From positions 435,496 to 499,495 of the forward strand of contig MNCI01002657.1 in the NCBI GenBank assembly GCA_015680685.1: DNA of 64,000 bases, written 5' to 3'. Both the position numbers and the translations under genes were made by a program. Within the stretch, counting starts at the first letter, position 1. The number at the start of each line of letters is the position of its first letter. The notes beneath the pieces were generated by a model, which saw nothing but the letters and a program-made list of their open reading frames with translations, had not been told where the DNA came from and searched no databases. Below are positions 1-12,800 of the stretch, piece by piece. This stretch comes from Gnetum montanum (taxonomy: Eukaryota > Plantae > Gnetophyta).

Positions 1-2482
1 GTGTCGTGACCACACATCTGGTGGTAGTCACAGAAACGATCCAGCCTGAAAGATCTCGGAACTGCTGGCTCATTAGGCAGGGCTAAAGAAGGGTCCTTCA
101 GCAGCTCACAGTGACGTCTGTGACGTTTCAGGGCCTCCTCAGACACCTTCTTAATTTAAATGTGTCCTGCCACTAATAGTTGTTTCAGCAGTTCGGAATG
201 TTTCACAGGTAAAGCCGCATATTTTGAATGATCTTTACGCTCAAAATTTGGCTTTGGCTGGGGGGCTTGTTCAGGGGCAGCTGCGGTTTGGCTGGTGCCG
301 GCACCAGCCGTGGCCTCAGGGGGCGCTATTGTGGGCGCCTTCTTGTTCTTGTTTTTCGTGTTTTCAGTCATCGCAGCTACTGTCGTTGTCACTGCCTTGC
401 CTTTGTCCTTGGCTTTGTTGTGTGCGTTTTTGTAGGCGACATATGCCGGGTCTTTGCTGGCCTCCGCAGCATCTTGGATGCTTCGGACCTATGCGAAGGC
501 TTGACATATATCGCCGGGGGAAAGATAATACAACTTAGACTTAATAAAGTCGTTGACTGCTCCCTTGAATATAGCTAGCAGATGGGAGTCCGCAATTGGG
601 TCATGGATCTCATTCAAGGTGGCATTCCAATGCTGTATAAGCTTTTGGACTGGCTCGAGCGGGTCTTGTTTCACCCCCATAAGCTGTTCCAACATGACTT
701 CCGGCTTCATGTTGTATTTGAATCGGGTCACAAATTGAGTCAGCAGCTCTTCCAAGGTTGAAATGGAAGAGCGTGGGAGGGCTCTATACCAGTCTAAAGC
801 CTTCCCCGTCAATGTCATCGCAAAGACTCGGATTAAAGTGTGCGGCCACTGTTGTAACAACAAAGATTCAGACCTGAAGGTGGCTAGATGGGTGTAGGGA
901 TCCCCCTCTCCATTATACTTGGTAAGATGGGGAAGGGACATCCCTAGTGGCAACGACAGCATGGGGACCGTTGGATTAATCGGGTCGTCCTGATAGAAGT
1001 CCATGATCTGAATGGTATCAGATCCAGCGGTCTTGAGGCGTCGCACCTCCTCAGTAAGCGTCTGGATAAGCTGGAATGCTTGGTCTAGACCTGTTAAGGG
1101 AGGTGTCTGTGTAGCAGGGACAGGAGGTTGGACTGGGAGGGTGGCCCTAGGAAACTGGAATGCTGGGTATGGTTGGCTAACCGCTGGTGGAGCAGGAATT
1201 CCTGCCGGCTGGCGGGCCTGTGGGGACCACCATCCCCCTGTTTGAGACGAAGGATTAACTCCCGCTTGCTAAATAGGATAACAATACGTATATTGAGGAA
1301 ACACCTGTGAAGATTGCGCCACAGGTGCGACCGAGGGCTGTGCACCGTACACCATAGGCGGGTGATGTTGCGTAGCTGGGTTGATCCATTGACCTGTTGC
1401 AGCATGTTGCATAAAGGTCTGCTGTGGTACGGTTACAGTATGTTGCTGAGTCGGCGGGGGCAGAAACCTTTGCGCTGAGCGAGTTGTCGGTACAGTGTGA
1501 GCCTGTACCTGAGGGACGAATTGGGGCGCGGTGGTCACCGGGATCACTGTCGGAATGCTGATTACGTGGTGGGACGGACCCACCCCTGTGTCATGGCGCA
1601 GTTGTTGTGCTTGCAACCTGGACGGCTACGCATGGGCCAGCGGAAAGCCAGGAAGTTGTGCCTGCGCGGTCGCGGCTGGGTCAAGAGGGGCTGCCTCTCC
1701 ATCAAAAGGGAACAATGGATCTTCTTGCGTGTGGGGCGTCAGAGTATGGAACGAATGTTCCGACAGGGCCGTGAATTCGTCCTCTGCCTCTTCCTCACGC
1801 TGGGGTTCCGCCACAGGTTGTGAAGTCTGGCCTCTAGCCATGACCAACTGTGCCATAATTTCATGTTGGTGCTCGGTCAAGGGGATTATGTCATAGGCCG
1901 TTGGCTTAAAATCATNNNNNNNNNNNNNNNNNNNNNNNNNNNNNNNNNNNNNNNNNNNNNNNNNNNNNNNNNNNNNNNNNNNNNNNNNNNNNNNNNNNNN
2001 NNNNNNNNNNNNNNNNNNNNNNNNNNNNNNNNNNNNNNNNNNNNNNNNNNNNNNNNNNNNNNNNNNNNNNNNNNNNNNNNNNNNNNNNNNNNNNNNNNNN
2101 NNNNNNNNNNNNNNNNNNNNNNNNNNNNNNNNNNNNNNNNNNNNNNNNNNNNNNNNNNNNNNNNNNNNNNNNNNNNNNNNNNNNNNNNNNNNNNNNNNNN
2201 NNNNNNNNNNNNNNNNNNNNNNNNNNNNNNNNNNNNNNNNNNNNNNNNNNNNNNNNNNNNNNNNNNNNNNNNNNNNNNNNNNNNNNNNNNNNNNNNNNNN
2301 NNNNNNNNNNNNNNNNNNNNNNNNNNNNNNNNNNNNNNNNNNNNNNNNNNNNNNNNNNNNNNNNNNNNNNNNNNNNNNNNNNTCGCACCAGGAGCTGGTC
2401 CTGTGGCCACCGTAGGATTCACAGGCACAACACCCAGATCGGCAGTGACCATGGCAGTTGTGTTTGAGTAAAAAGAATCCAT
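1..2482 (-). pseudogene. gag: gag of element L (in-frame stops, assembly gap)
   Basis: ORF 489-1046 has the retrotransposon Gag core (KYNGEGDPYTHL...FAMTLTGKALDWYRALPRSSI); zinc knuckle FCDYHQMCGH at 1-40; Pro/Gln-rich N-terminus. Confidence 0.9.
1916..2382. other. Assembly gap (run of N)
   Basis: Ns in the sequence. Confidence 1.
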
Positions 2483-2707
2483 TGATCAATGAAGTCGAGA
2501 GTGACTGATAATTGGATCTAAAAGCGAATGGCTGGCAACAAACGCACAAAAGGCTTTCTACCCTGTGGGATTTCAAAGAAATCGTCCTTGCAACCGATCT
2601 ATACCACGCGATTAACCGTAGACTTCCCTAGAGGTATCATGTCTATGGTTTAGGGTATGGATCTCTAACAGGGTTACCCGAAATGTTCGGATCGGAGCCT
2701 GAAGGCC

Positions 2708-2722
2708 CTCCTTCTAGCGCCA
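2708..2722 (-). promoter_or_regulatory. Primer binding site of L
   Basis: TGGCGCTAGAAGGAG just inside the LTR end; same motif at 33092 and 45587. Confidence 0.9.
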
Positions 2723-2728
2723 GAAAAT

Positions 2729-4075
2729 TGTAACGACAGAAAATGTCGGCAACTGGAAATACCGATCAAGATTCCGGCGTACACAGTTTTAGCCACGGAT
2801 CCGCGTGAGGGCTATGCTAGAAAAACGAATCCGCGGCGCCCTGAACGGTCTTGTCGATCAGACAGGGACTTACGGGTCAGTAAAACGGTGAGAATTACGT
2901 GGAGAGAAAGCGATCTATTTTGAAGAGTGGTAAAACGAGGGGAAAACGATGTAGTTGGATTGCAACGGCGATAATGCTAAACATGATAAAAAGAGGTTGA
3001 CATAAGAAGCTCAAAACTTCAAGATCTGCGCTTTGACTTACAAATGTATATTTTGTATGAGAAATTACACTGGGGAATCCCCAATTACAGGATGTGAAAC
3101 AAGCACAGAACAACAGGCAAAACGGTCTAAACAGAAGTCTGATCTACCTTGTGGGCTAAAGCTGAGATGCAAGGCATGCCAAGCTTTGACGTCTACCGAT
3201 CAATTGTTTCTGATTGATAGAGTCCTTTCAGCAGAAAGATTGCTCCTGTCACCGGTACTCAATTTGAACTGTACTCTGCTTCGGTTGTAAGATGATGATG
3301 TCCATGATTGCCAAAGCGCTGTTCTCTGTATCTCTGCTCCAAAGTGCTAAGTGCTCTGGTGCTAAGAAATATGCTATTTGCTTCTCTGATTTGCCAACCC
3401 CTGTGTCTTTGTCGACTGGGGTATTTATAGGTCGTGACGCTTCATGAAAAAGGCGCAACCCTGATGATGTGGGTTCCGGATATTACGGGCCCTGTTGGCA
3501 TAATCTTTCAAGTCAGACTGTGACTACGCACAACACGCTTGTTTGCGTGTTGTGCGTGTGAAGAGTAGGCACATGCTGAGTGTACTTTAGGCTACATTCA
3601 GGCTGTATTACGCTCATTCACGTTGCGTTGCGTGTATGAGCGTAATCTAGAGTAAAAGCCATAAGCTCAAAATTGTTTTACGCTCACTACGCAGCTGTGC
3701 GTAATGAAGCGTATAAGCAATGTACAACTTGATAACATACGCCATGGTACACACCGCCGCGTAATGAGCGTAAAGACAAGTTATCCATGTATTGCAAGGA
3801 AAAGTGCCAACCTGTTGTGCTTCTCTGAACTCTGCCTACGACTATCTTGAAGCTTATTATGCTCATTACGCTGCCGTGCGTAATAGAGCGTAAACCCATC
3901 CTTTGAACCAATCTGATGCGCGTTTTTGCTGGAATTGCGAATCTTTGCCTGAGGCCGACTCGTAATTTTCACGGTGTTTTAGGTACCATCTTCACCTAGG
4001 GAAGAAACAAAGTTAGCATCACTAGCGTTTTGCAATACTGAAATCAAGATGAACCCCCAAGATGGTGAGGTAACA
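2729..4075 (-). repeat. 5' LTR of L
   Basis: TGTAAC...TAACA termini; TATA (ctataaata on -) near 3422-3430; U5 similar to the LTRs at 4403 and 33085. Confidence 0.85.
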
Positions 4076-4402
4076 AAGGCTCCTCTTTTTGTAACCATAA
4101 GGGTAGGATAATATAAAGTGCATAAGATGCATGTTGATGATGGAGCTATGACAAAGGTAATACCTTATACCATCATTGAGTGTTTGGACCTAACACAGCA
4201 TATGCAACATAGTTTGAATTCGACTCTCAAATCCTTTAATGGATCATGGGTTGCTATCAAAGGTTGTATTTATTTAGACTTTGTAATAGAAGAATAATTC
4301 CCCATAACAGCCAACTTCTTGGTGGTGGAGGAAACACTAGGGTTCAAACTTATCTTGGGAAGGCCTTAGCTAGCTCAACTATAAGTAGTGTCCTTGTCCA
4401 TC
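4076..4402 (+). pseudogene. Aspartic protease of host element H, part 1
   Basis: Translates as APLFVTIRVG..HVDDGA...LILGRP.LAQL..VSLSI; homologous to 37150-37480 and 49890-50220. Confidence 0.85.
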
Positions 4403-6582
4403 TATAGCGACTGAAAACGTCAGTGGCTAGAACATCGAGAGGTCACAAGGCATACAGCCCAACCCTAGATTTGTGCAAGGGCTGTGCTGAATGTAAACAG
4501 ATGCGAGGTGCCCTGAATGGTCTTGTCGATCAGACAGGGAATTAAGTAGTGTACAATAATCTTTCATAAATGTTGGTTTTAAGGATGTTATATGCATGTT
4601 GAGTGATAAGCGATGAACATGAATCGATTGAAAATAATGCAAAACATAAAAATAACAAAAAAAAAATATGAAATAAGTTTAGGTAAGGAAGTGCACTGCC
4701 CCAAGATCAGGGATCTGATCTTTGCTGAAATGAAGGAGGTGTACAACAGATGGTAGTGGGAACAAGCACAGCTTGAAATGAAGCAATATGGTCATAGTTC
4801 CTCAAACTACTATCAATAGCTTACTAATAGTTGCCAGTCTCCTTGCCAAAGCTGATCACCAGAGAGCTAAAATGCCAAGATCTCAACCAAAAAAAAAATG
4901 CCAACCATTAGAGAAGTAATTGCCAAAAGCAAACAATTCTAAAAGCTAATTGAATGCTCCAAACCAACAATGCCAAAGCCAACCCCGCTAGAATGCTCCC
5001 AAAAGCCAACCCCTTGAACATTGTTCACTGAGGTATTTATAGAGTTAGATGTGGGAGAGAAATGTGGTTTGAGTGCCATGTGTCCTAGGTTCCATAAAGT
5101 GCAGATGTGACTGTGTTGTGTTGCTATGCAATGTTGAAAATTGCTATGCTGTGATTATACTATTCATGCTACATGTGTAAAAATCCTGTGAACTACGATA
5201 TTTGTTGCAAAGAAAATTGCCAATCAATAAATGCAAAGTGGAGCATGTGCTCCAGGACTACATCTTTCCTACTCTTGCAAGTAGGGTCAAGTGTAGGGAC
5301 AACTTTGGGGATGGTTAAGGGGTGCAAAACAAGGCAAACTTGCTGATTTTGCTTGTTGGAGAGGTGTCAGGATGAGAATAACCATTGCTAACTAGTTCTG
5401 CAGCTAACTAAAGATGTCTTGAAGCTACTACGAAAGTGTTACACTATTTACGCTCTCCAGCGTATGTAGTGTAAATACCCACACTCTACGCTATGCTACG
5501 CTGTGTAGCATAGTGTATTGCAACTGCTAGTCTTAAACAAAATCTTGCCTATAAGCTAAAAATACCTATTTGAGGGCTGGCTAGGCAAGCAACTACAACC
5601 TTGTCTTTCATGCTGAAAGGTCTTGGGACCTACTAAGTTCATCTTTGGGACACTTTCGTGTTTTGCATCCTTGCTACGCTGTGCTATGCTGTGTAGCATA
5701 GCATAGTGTAGTAGCCAATATGACATGCATCCTTGCCTAGTTTTGCAATGCTTTATTAAGAAACCATGCTTGGAGCTTGAGGGCGAAGTGGGAAAACCAG
5801 TCTTGGAGGTCAGAATTTGGCCAAGTGTAATATTCTTGTTGAAACCACTTGGCGGAGGGCCTTTGTGTGTTCTGTCCTTACTATGCTATGCTATGCTATG
5901 TAGCGTAGCACAGCGTAACACCTAGCTTGGCTTGGATTCTAACTTAATCTTGTGAACATTTTGTTGCAGGATGTCAGTCATGTCCTAGAATGTCAATGGA
6001 GCAAACCTATTCATCGGTTGAAACCTGGGAAAATGTGCCTACACCATTAGAGCCATTTGAGTAGGAGAGTGTATCCCTATATGCTATGCTATGCTGCGCA
6101 ACATAGCATAGCGTAGCACTTGAGTGAAGAGGACCTCTGATAAAATTTGCCAAGATTTTGCTATGTCACTTTGCTCATGCATCAAGGATGAAGTGGGGCA
6201 AATTATCTGAAGGGTTGAGTCATTGTCAATGTGCATCTCTGGTACCTGTTCAATCTTCTCAAGGCCTATTATGCTATGCAGTGTAGCATGTTTCTTCAGT
6301 TAGAAAACTTATCAAAATGTTTAGCTCATCCTGAACAATCTCAGCAGCTCCTAACATGGTCTCTAGCTAGACTGTTAGCCAGGTTGAGTACCAAGCTGGG
6401 TAGGTTGGAGAGTTCAACAAGCCTATCAACTAGGGCGATAGAAAAATTGTCGAACTCTACGAGCTACTTTCAGTGCCTACATTATCTGGATGGTCCATCA
6501 TGACACTGCACTTGTGGAAATCCTTGCCCAAATTTCAAGACTTTGCTGAAGCATCAAGGTCCTAAAATTTTATGGTATTTCA
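4403..6582 (-). repeat. 3' LTR of A
   Basis: 5145-6582 aligns with 24643-26083; preceded on - by a PPT-like tcaacaaagatgatcca, similar to 61501-61518. Confidence 0.88.
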
Positions 6583-8009
6583 ATGGATCATCTTTGTTGA
6601 TGTTTGAAGGATCTGCTCGAGAGACATCGACAAAGAATACAAAACACCATCTAAAACAAGATGCTAACATTGCTCTCCAGCGGTCACTCAAATGTCACAT
6701 TGCACTATGCTTGGGAGTACTAGGCTAGTTATGTAAGGAAAGGGGACAAAGGATGGATTTGAAGGAATAGGTTTAGGGAAGGAAAGGATGTAAGATAGCA
6801 TGATCCCTCATCAGAGTGCTTGTGAGGGAGTTGGCATGTATGGGCATATTTCTTTTGTTGGATTTTGACCTCTTGTTGAAGTGCTTAGATATGGTCATTT
6901 TGAAATAGTTGCGATGCTATTCATTTTGGGCACTTGTCCCCTTCTTTTTTTTTTGATATGTTTTTCTCTTTTGTATTTTTTTATGCTTTTCTTCTACTAT
7001 TCAACCACGTTCACTTGGAAACAACCTTGTTGTTGCAAGGCAGGTGTTTCCTCCTCAATATGAGTTGTGTTACATCCTTGTGGGGCTTTGACCTACTTGT
7101 GGATGCTTCCCATGAGGTGAGTTGTGTTACGCTCATCATGGACTTGGTGATTGGGCATGTGAAAGGGCTTTATATGCATCAAAAAAGCTTGTAAAGGAGA
7201 TGTTAAAAATTGCAAGTATAAGGAATGAGGTCAAGTGGGTTGAGAGGGGAGGGGGGGGGGGGGGGGGGGGGGTAGGATGTGCACTCCCAAGTAGCAAGCT
7301 AGTCAAAGCAATCACTTCGGAACAATGTAGTGTTTTGGTTTCCATGGCCAAACGTATCTCTGAATGATGCTGTCTTGGCCTGTATCTTGCAAAAAAAACA
7401 TAGAGCAAACCAAAAGAAACAACCATAAGGTGGAGTGAGAGCAAAGTCCTACTTGCTTTAGACATCACTAGAGTAGCGAGTATTGTTTTTGAGGCATGTG
7501 ATGTCCAAAGCAAGAAGGCCAGCAGTGGTTCTAGCAGTGGCAAGCTGGAAAAGTTGGCATTGAAGAGGTTAGGAGTAGTGGTGATGCTAGTGCTTAGGAT
7601 TCCTCGCCCAAGGCAAACATCATGTAGTTCAGCTGTAAGGTGAGAAGCCTAATAGCTAAATGTCTTTTGGGCTCAAATGGTGGTGAGGGTTGGAGGGTAG
7701 CAACTTTGTGGCTAGGCCACAATAGTGTTGGAGCTCCAGTAGTAGGTGTTGATGGCAAGAGCTACTATTAGGATGAGTGGTGATGGTAGCGGTAGCTCCA
7801 AAAAATCAACAAGATGTCAAACAACATCTCCAAAAATTCAATAAGATGCCTAGGGTAGTGATGGTACATGTGTTTCAGAGAGTGTTTCTGTAGCATCATG
7901 AACTATGTTTTGGAATTGCAGTGTCCCACCCCATGTTATCCAAAAACCTAAAATTGTACATGTTCACTTGTTTGTAGGGTTGTAAATGTGAGCTAGGCAT
8001 TGCACTATG

Positions 8010-8325
8010 AACCTAGTTTGGGGTCTTGGTAGACCATCAGATGTGTTGGTTTAAGGTCCCAATAGACTGTGAAGTGCTAGTTTAAAATCCTAATACACCA
8101 CTGTGCTAGTTTGACGTCGTAGAAGATGGTGGATGGCCAGTTTATGGTCATAGCAGACCATGTTGTGGGTGCCAGTTTTATGTCATAGACCAAGGACATG
8201 TTGTGCCAGTTTATAGTCATACTAGACTTACTGTGCTAGTTTATAGTCATAGCAGACTATCTATGCTAGTTTTATGTCATAGTGGACATATTTTGCTAGT
8301 TTTACATTGTAGTGGACGATTGTCT
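8010..8325 (-). repeat. 3' UTR array of about 10 hairpin-TAAACT units (A)
   Basis: Repeated AGTTT(A/T)-N-stem-loop-stem on +, e.g. GGTC atagca GACC, AGTC atagca GACT, TGTC atagtg GACA. Confidence 0.85.
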
Positions 8326-8358
8326 TACCTTGCTCTGTACTTGATGTAGTCCTTTGCA

Positions 8359-9240
8359 TTAGATGTAGTATGGCTTGAGATACAAGTGGTTGATAGGATT
8401 TGCGAACTCATTGCCATTCATATCAACCAGTTTGAAGGCCCTATTCTCATAGGCTTTCGTGATGAAAAAAGGACCTTCCTAGTTGGCTGAGAATTTATTT
8501 ACATGCTCGTGAACAACTTTGAGAACTAGGCCCCCCTTCTTGATTAGCCATTGATGCAAATTATAGTGGTGCTTTTGTCGTTGCTTGTCCTAGTACCATT
8601 CAATGCGATCAACTGTTCGGGCACACTCTTCCTCCACAGAGTCAAGATCAATGATTCTTAACTTGTTGTTTTGAGCCTCGTCTACAACGTTTGAGAGGAT
8701 CATTCAAAGTGATGGAACTTGCAATTGAAGAGGTAACACTGATTCAAATCCATAAATGAGACTATAAGGAGTCTTACTTGTAGCCATTCTACACATCGTG
8801 TGATAAGCCCACAACAGTAGAGGATTTGCTTGTGCCATTTCCTTTTGCTACTGCTAAGAATCTTTTTCAATAGGTTAATGATGGCCTTGTTTTTTTCTTC
8901 TGCTTGAATGTTTGCCTATGGCTAGTATGGAAATGAAAAAGATTGCTTGATGCCAAGATTATTGCAAAAGGTTTTGGTTTTTGCACTACTATGTTATCCA
9001 AGATAAAGTGGCAAACCTGTTGAGAGGTAGTCTTTCTCAGGGGAATATCCTCCATCTACTTTGTGAAGTATTTAGTTGCAGTGATTATGAAGCTATGTTT
9101 TGCAGAATACCTAGGTGTGATGAGCCCTATGATGTCTAGTCCCCATCGCTGGAATGGCCACATAATCTATGCAGGATATAACTCAGTAGACAATATGTGT
9201 ATGAGATTTGCATGACATTAACATACATCACACGTTTTAA
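8359..9240 (-). pseudogene. Integrase remnant of A (RT, RH and aRH absent)
   Basis: On -: KTCDVC..HANLIH, WPFQRWGLDIIG, EDIPLRKTTSQQVCHFILDNIV, KFSANxEGP. Confidence 0.85.
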
Positions 9241-9294
9241 CATTGGCTTGAAGAAAAAACATGTAATGTAAATCATTGATGCAACATAAGATAA

Positions 9295-9545
9295 TTGCTA
9301 GTTTAAGGTCTTAATAGACCACAATAGCATAATAGTTTGGTTTAAAACACAACATGAATGTTAAAATTGCTAGTTTAAGATCATGGTAGACCGTCACTGG
9401 TTCAAAATGTTAGACGAATGCTAAAAATTGTCAGTTTGCAGATCATGGTGGGTGGGAGAGGCTAAGGTTCCTAGTTTAAGGTCTTTGCAGATCGTGGTGG
9501 GTGGGAGAGGCTAAGGTTCCTAGTTTAAGGTCTTTGTGGACCGAT
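9295..9545 (-). repeat. Hairpin-TAAACT units upstream of pol, including a 49-bp tandem duplication
   Basis: agtttaa GGTC ttaata GACC; GGTC tttgtg GACC; duplicated unit starts at 9435 and 9484. Confidence 0.75.
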
Positions 9546-9718
9546 TTTAAAATTTGTAAATTTGCAAAATTTGGAGTGAAAAGTTTTTTGGTGGGCCCAC
9601 TTACTGCATTGGGAATGAGTGCTATGCTGTAGCGGGACTACGCTACAATAGTGCTATGCTGCCACAGTGTCCCACTTTACTCAAGATATGAAAATGACAT
9701 GTTTTTTACCACGTTTGC

Positions 9719-9726
9719 TATAAATA
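9719..9726 (+). promoter_or_regulatory. TATA box of antisense gene copy A
   Basis: ctataaatag about 145 bp before the first ATG; equivalent to 42803-42810 in D. Confidence 0.55.
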
Positions 9727-9863
9727 GGGGATTACCCCTTGGTAAACTTGTCATTTTCATTATTAGAGCTCGGAGCCCATACGCAGAGCGTAGTGTAGTC
9801 AAACACAAAGAGAATGAATAGGCATAGTGTAGCAACTAATACTACCAATTTGGGAATGAGGTA

Positions 9864-12800
9864 ATGGAACACAAAGGCAAACATAAGCATCAGGAACTGG
9901 CAAAAGTGGATAAGGTGAAGGACACCCTGGGGGACCTATCCAAGGCACACGTTGAAGTGTGACAAAAGACTCTATCGGCTTGGTATGTTGTTATGCTACC
10001 CTTGTTTCCATTATGTGATGTATCAGGTTAGGTTTTCATTTCCATTACTACTATCATTTTATCATCACTATTTTTATTGTTATGCTGTGGTTGTCGTTAC
10101 TTGGCCACAGTGGCCATACGGTTACTATACTACAGCTGCATGCGGTACTACTTTGACCACCATTGTTAAAAATGGAGACTGCGTTATCGTAGGGGTTTAA
10201 TTGGTTCTAGGTGGCATAGTGCATGTTTGGCGTAGCATACCATTCTTAGGGGGATTTGTTTATTTGCATAGTTTTTATGGCAGTGTGAAACACCCTTGGC
10301 ATGGCATAGAAAAAGCTATTTCATGCAATAGGATAGGGTCGGGGCAATGAGGGCACTGTGACTTCCTTTTCACTTGCACTATTAAGGTTGTAACATTTTT
10401 TTGTTGCTGTTACACTACACTATTATGTTGTTAGGCCCTTGGGCCATTATGTTAGTCATCTGTTATGCTGCTATGTTGTCAAATTTGTAATGTTTCTATG
10501 CTATTAAATTTGTTACATTGTCAAATTTGCTACGTTCAATGCTTGTTACAATAGTTTGTTCATTACATTGTTACATGTTTACTTGCACCTATTTATTTTT
10601 TGCATGCCATGCATTTGTCTCGTTATGCTGCGTGTAGCACAGTCCTCACCCTTATGCAGAAGTGTAACTGTTATGCTGCATGTCTGTTACGTTGTGCTGT
10701 GTATTGTGCAACTGTTACCATGGGGTTCACCCACTATTGTTATGTTGCACAGGGCTTAATTGCTATGCTAGGCTACATGTGACACTTTGTTACGTTGCCT
10801 GTAATGTTTAACTCTGTCTTATGATGGGGACTCACTGATTCATGCTAAAGGAGAATTTGTGAGTGAAGGATTACACTATGTTTCATGTAAACAAAGGGTC
10901 ACACTATGCTATATGAAAACAGAAGGTTATGCTACGCTATATGCAAATATAAGGTTATGCTATGCTTCATCAGTGATCATCACTTGAACATAGTGCTAAC
11001 ATTTGATACTTTGTCATGTAGGGTTATGTTAAAGCCTATTTTGATTGTCCTTAAACTTGTAGGAGTCCTGTGTTGCCTTAGTGAACCTATGGCCAATGTC
11101 CCTCCTCCCCATGCATGTGTGGGGTAGCAGGCAATCTAGTTCTAGGAGGGAGCATGGGACTTCCTAGAGTTCCTCCTCTACCATTTTAGTGTGATCGATG
11201 TACTTGTAGAGACATTGTTGCTCAGGGCAAATAGAGGCATTCTGAAGTTTTTTGCTAATGGGTCAGTTCGGGGCAAAGGGGCAGGAAGCTCCAACTAGTA
11301 CCCAAGAGGCTTGAGGCATTTAAGTTGGATCTGGAACATGCCTGAGTACAAATGCTATCATTTATACAACACGCTATTCGTTGCTCGTCACATGGGAACT
11401 TACTTTTAGAAGCCACCTGGGATCATTTACTATGTCGACGGGTAAGTATTGTCAAGGTATTTTAACATATTGTATGATTTTTGTTATGCTAGGTAGAGAT
11501 GTTTATAGTATTCTTGTGTGTTACCAGGTTTTACATTGATGAAGATAGTCTTCATGGTAATACAGATGCATTGGCAGTGGCCTAGATGGCTCTGCAAGAG
11601 TTTTCTTTAATCATGAATGTGCATGCCGATGTCATAGAACAACTTGGGTTTGACTTCAAAAAATATCCAACTAGGTATTCCAAATTCTATGGGAAGTGTA
11701 AGGAAGTTGGCTAGTTGGATAGCGAATGGACATTCCACCGACCTATTACCGTTGAGGACGTTCTGGTGGAACTCCCATCATTTCCTATGCCATTCAAACC
11801 TAGTATGTTAGACCATGGATTTATTCTTGTGTGTTCAAGTGATGATGTGCTTTAGTGTTTGTTTTTGCTAACCCCCATTCTTTTTTTTTGCTATTTTTAT
11901 TCAAGTGATGTCACTGTGGTTGCCTCTGGGCATGATGATACCAACGTCTTCTTCAAGTACGGAGAGGTGGAGGAGATGCAGCGTTGGCTCTGCCATGTGG
12001 CCCCAGCCACCATTTTTCATAACATTCAAGAGGCGGGCTCATGGACTTATTTCTAGCTATAAACCCAAATGTCCCGGCTATAGAAATGCTTTCCCTAGCT
12101 GATTCCTTCACTGAGAAGGTTGACTGCTTTCGCACACATGTTCATAATGTGTAGGTGGTGTTTGAAATTAATGACCAACTATTTGCAGATCCTTTTGATG
12201 TCCCTTCTAATGGTCTCCCTATAGGAGAAACATCTAAGAAAGATGTGAACCATCAGGGGGACATTAAGGAATGGTTGGGGACAACTAAGAACAAAAAGAG
12301 GATTTACATCCACAAGGTCAAGTTGGCAGTGGCTGAAAAAATTTACCTTGTCTTTCATGCCCATGCTTTCCCTAAGCTACTCTCCCAAGGGAAAATCCTT
12401 GGATTGGAGTAGGCTTGAATAATGAGGGAGGTTATGGAAGAAGGGACCCATTACAACTGGGCCCGATACCTTTCTGAAGGCTTGTGTGCTGAAATGATCA
12501 AGCTTCGCAAGAAGCTTGAGTCCCGTTTCAAAGTGCATTATGCCTTATTTGTAGCTTGCCTTCAATGCTTTGTAGAATTTCTAGTAGTCCTTGAGAATGG
12601 TGCCTAGGTATTGCAAAATTGTAATCAGATATCAAAGTCATGGATTTGCCAGGTTTTCCTCTCCACCTGATCCTAAGACCCCTCGAAAGTTATCAGGAAA
12701 TTACTTTCAATAACGATGAGGGATCATGTGGCATGCTCCTTTCATGGTCGGGACAGCATGGGAGAGGTTCCTCCCATAAACATAGGTAATGTGTTAAGGG

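Larger units (their letters stand above)
1..4075 (-). mobile_element. Element L: 5' part of a Tat/Ogre-like Ty3/gypsy LTR retrotransposon (LTR, PBS, gag), continuing off the left edge
   Basis: LTR TG..CA at 2729-4075, adjacent PBS and gag homology; interrupts the protease of element H. Confidence 0.9.

Noticed and set aside
1626-2576. Long ORFs spanning the N run
   Set aside because: Artefacts of translating the gap; only the gag frame flanking it is meaningful
7136-7900. Possible extra or env-like ORF in the 3' UTR of A
   Set aside because: Depends on a poly-G run, has no recognisable motif and has no counterpart in B or E
8010-8325. CRISPR-like appearance (constant motif with variable spacers), also at 16488 and 59885
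   Set aside because: The constant part is short and degenerate, there are no cas genes, and the context is a eukaryotic retrotransposon UTR; reported instead as hairpin arrays
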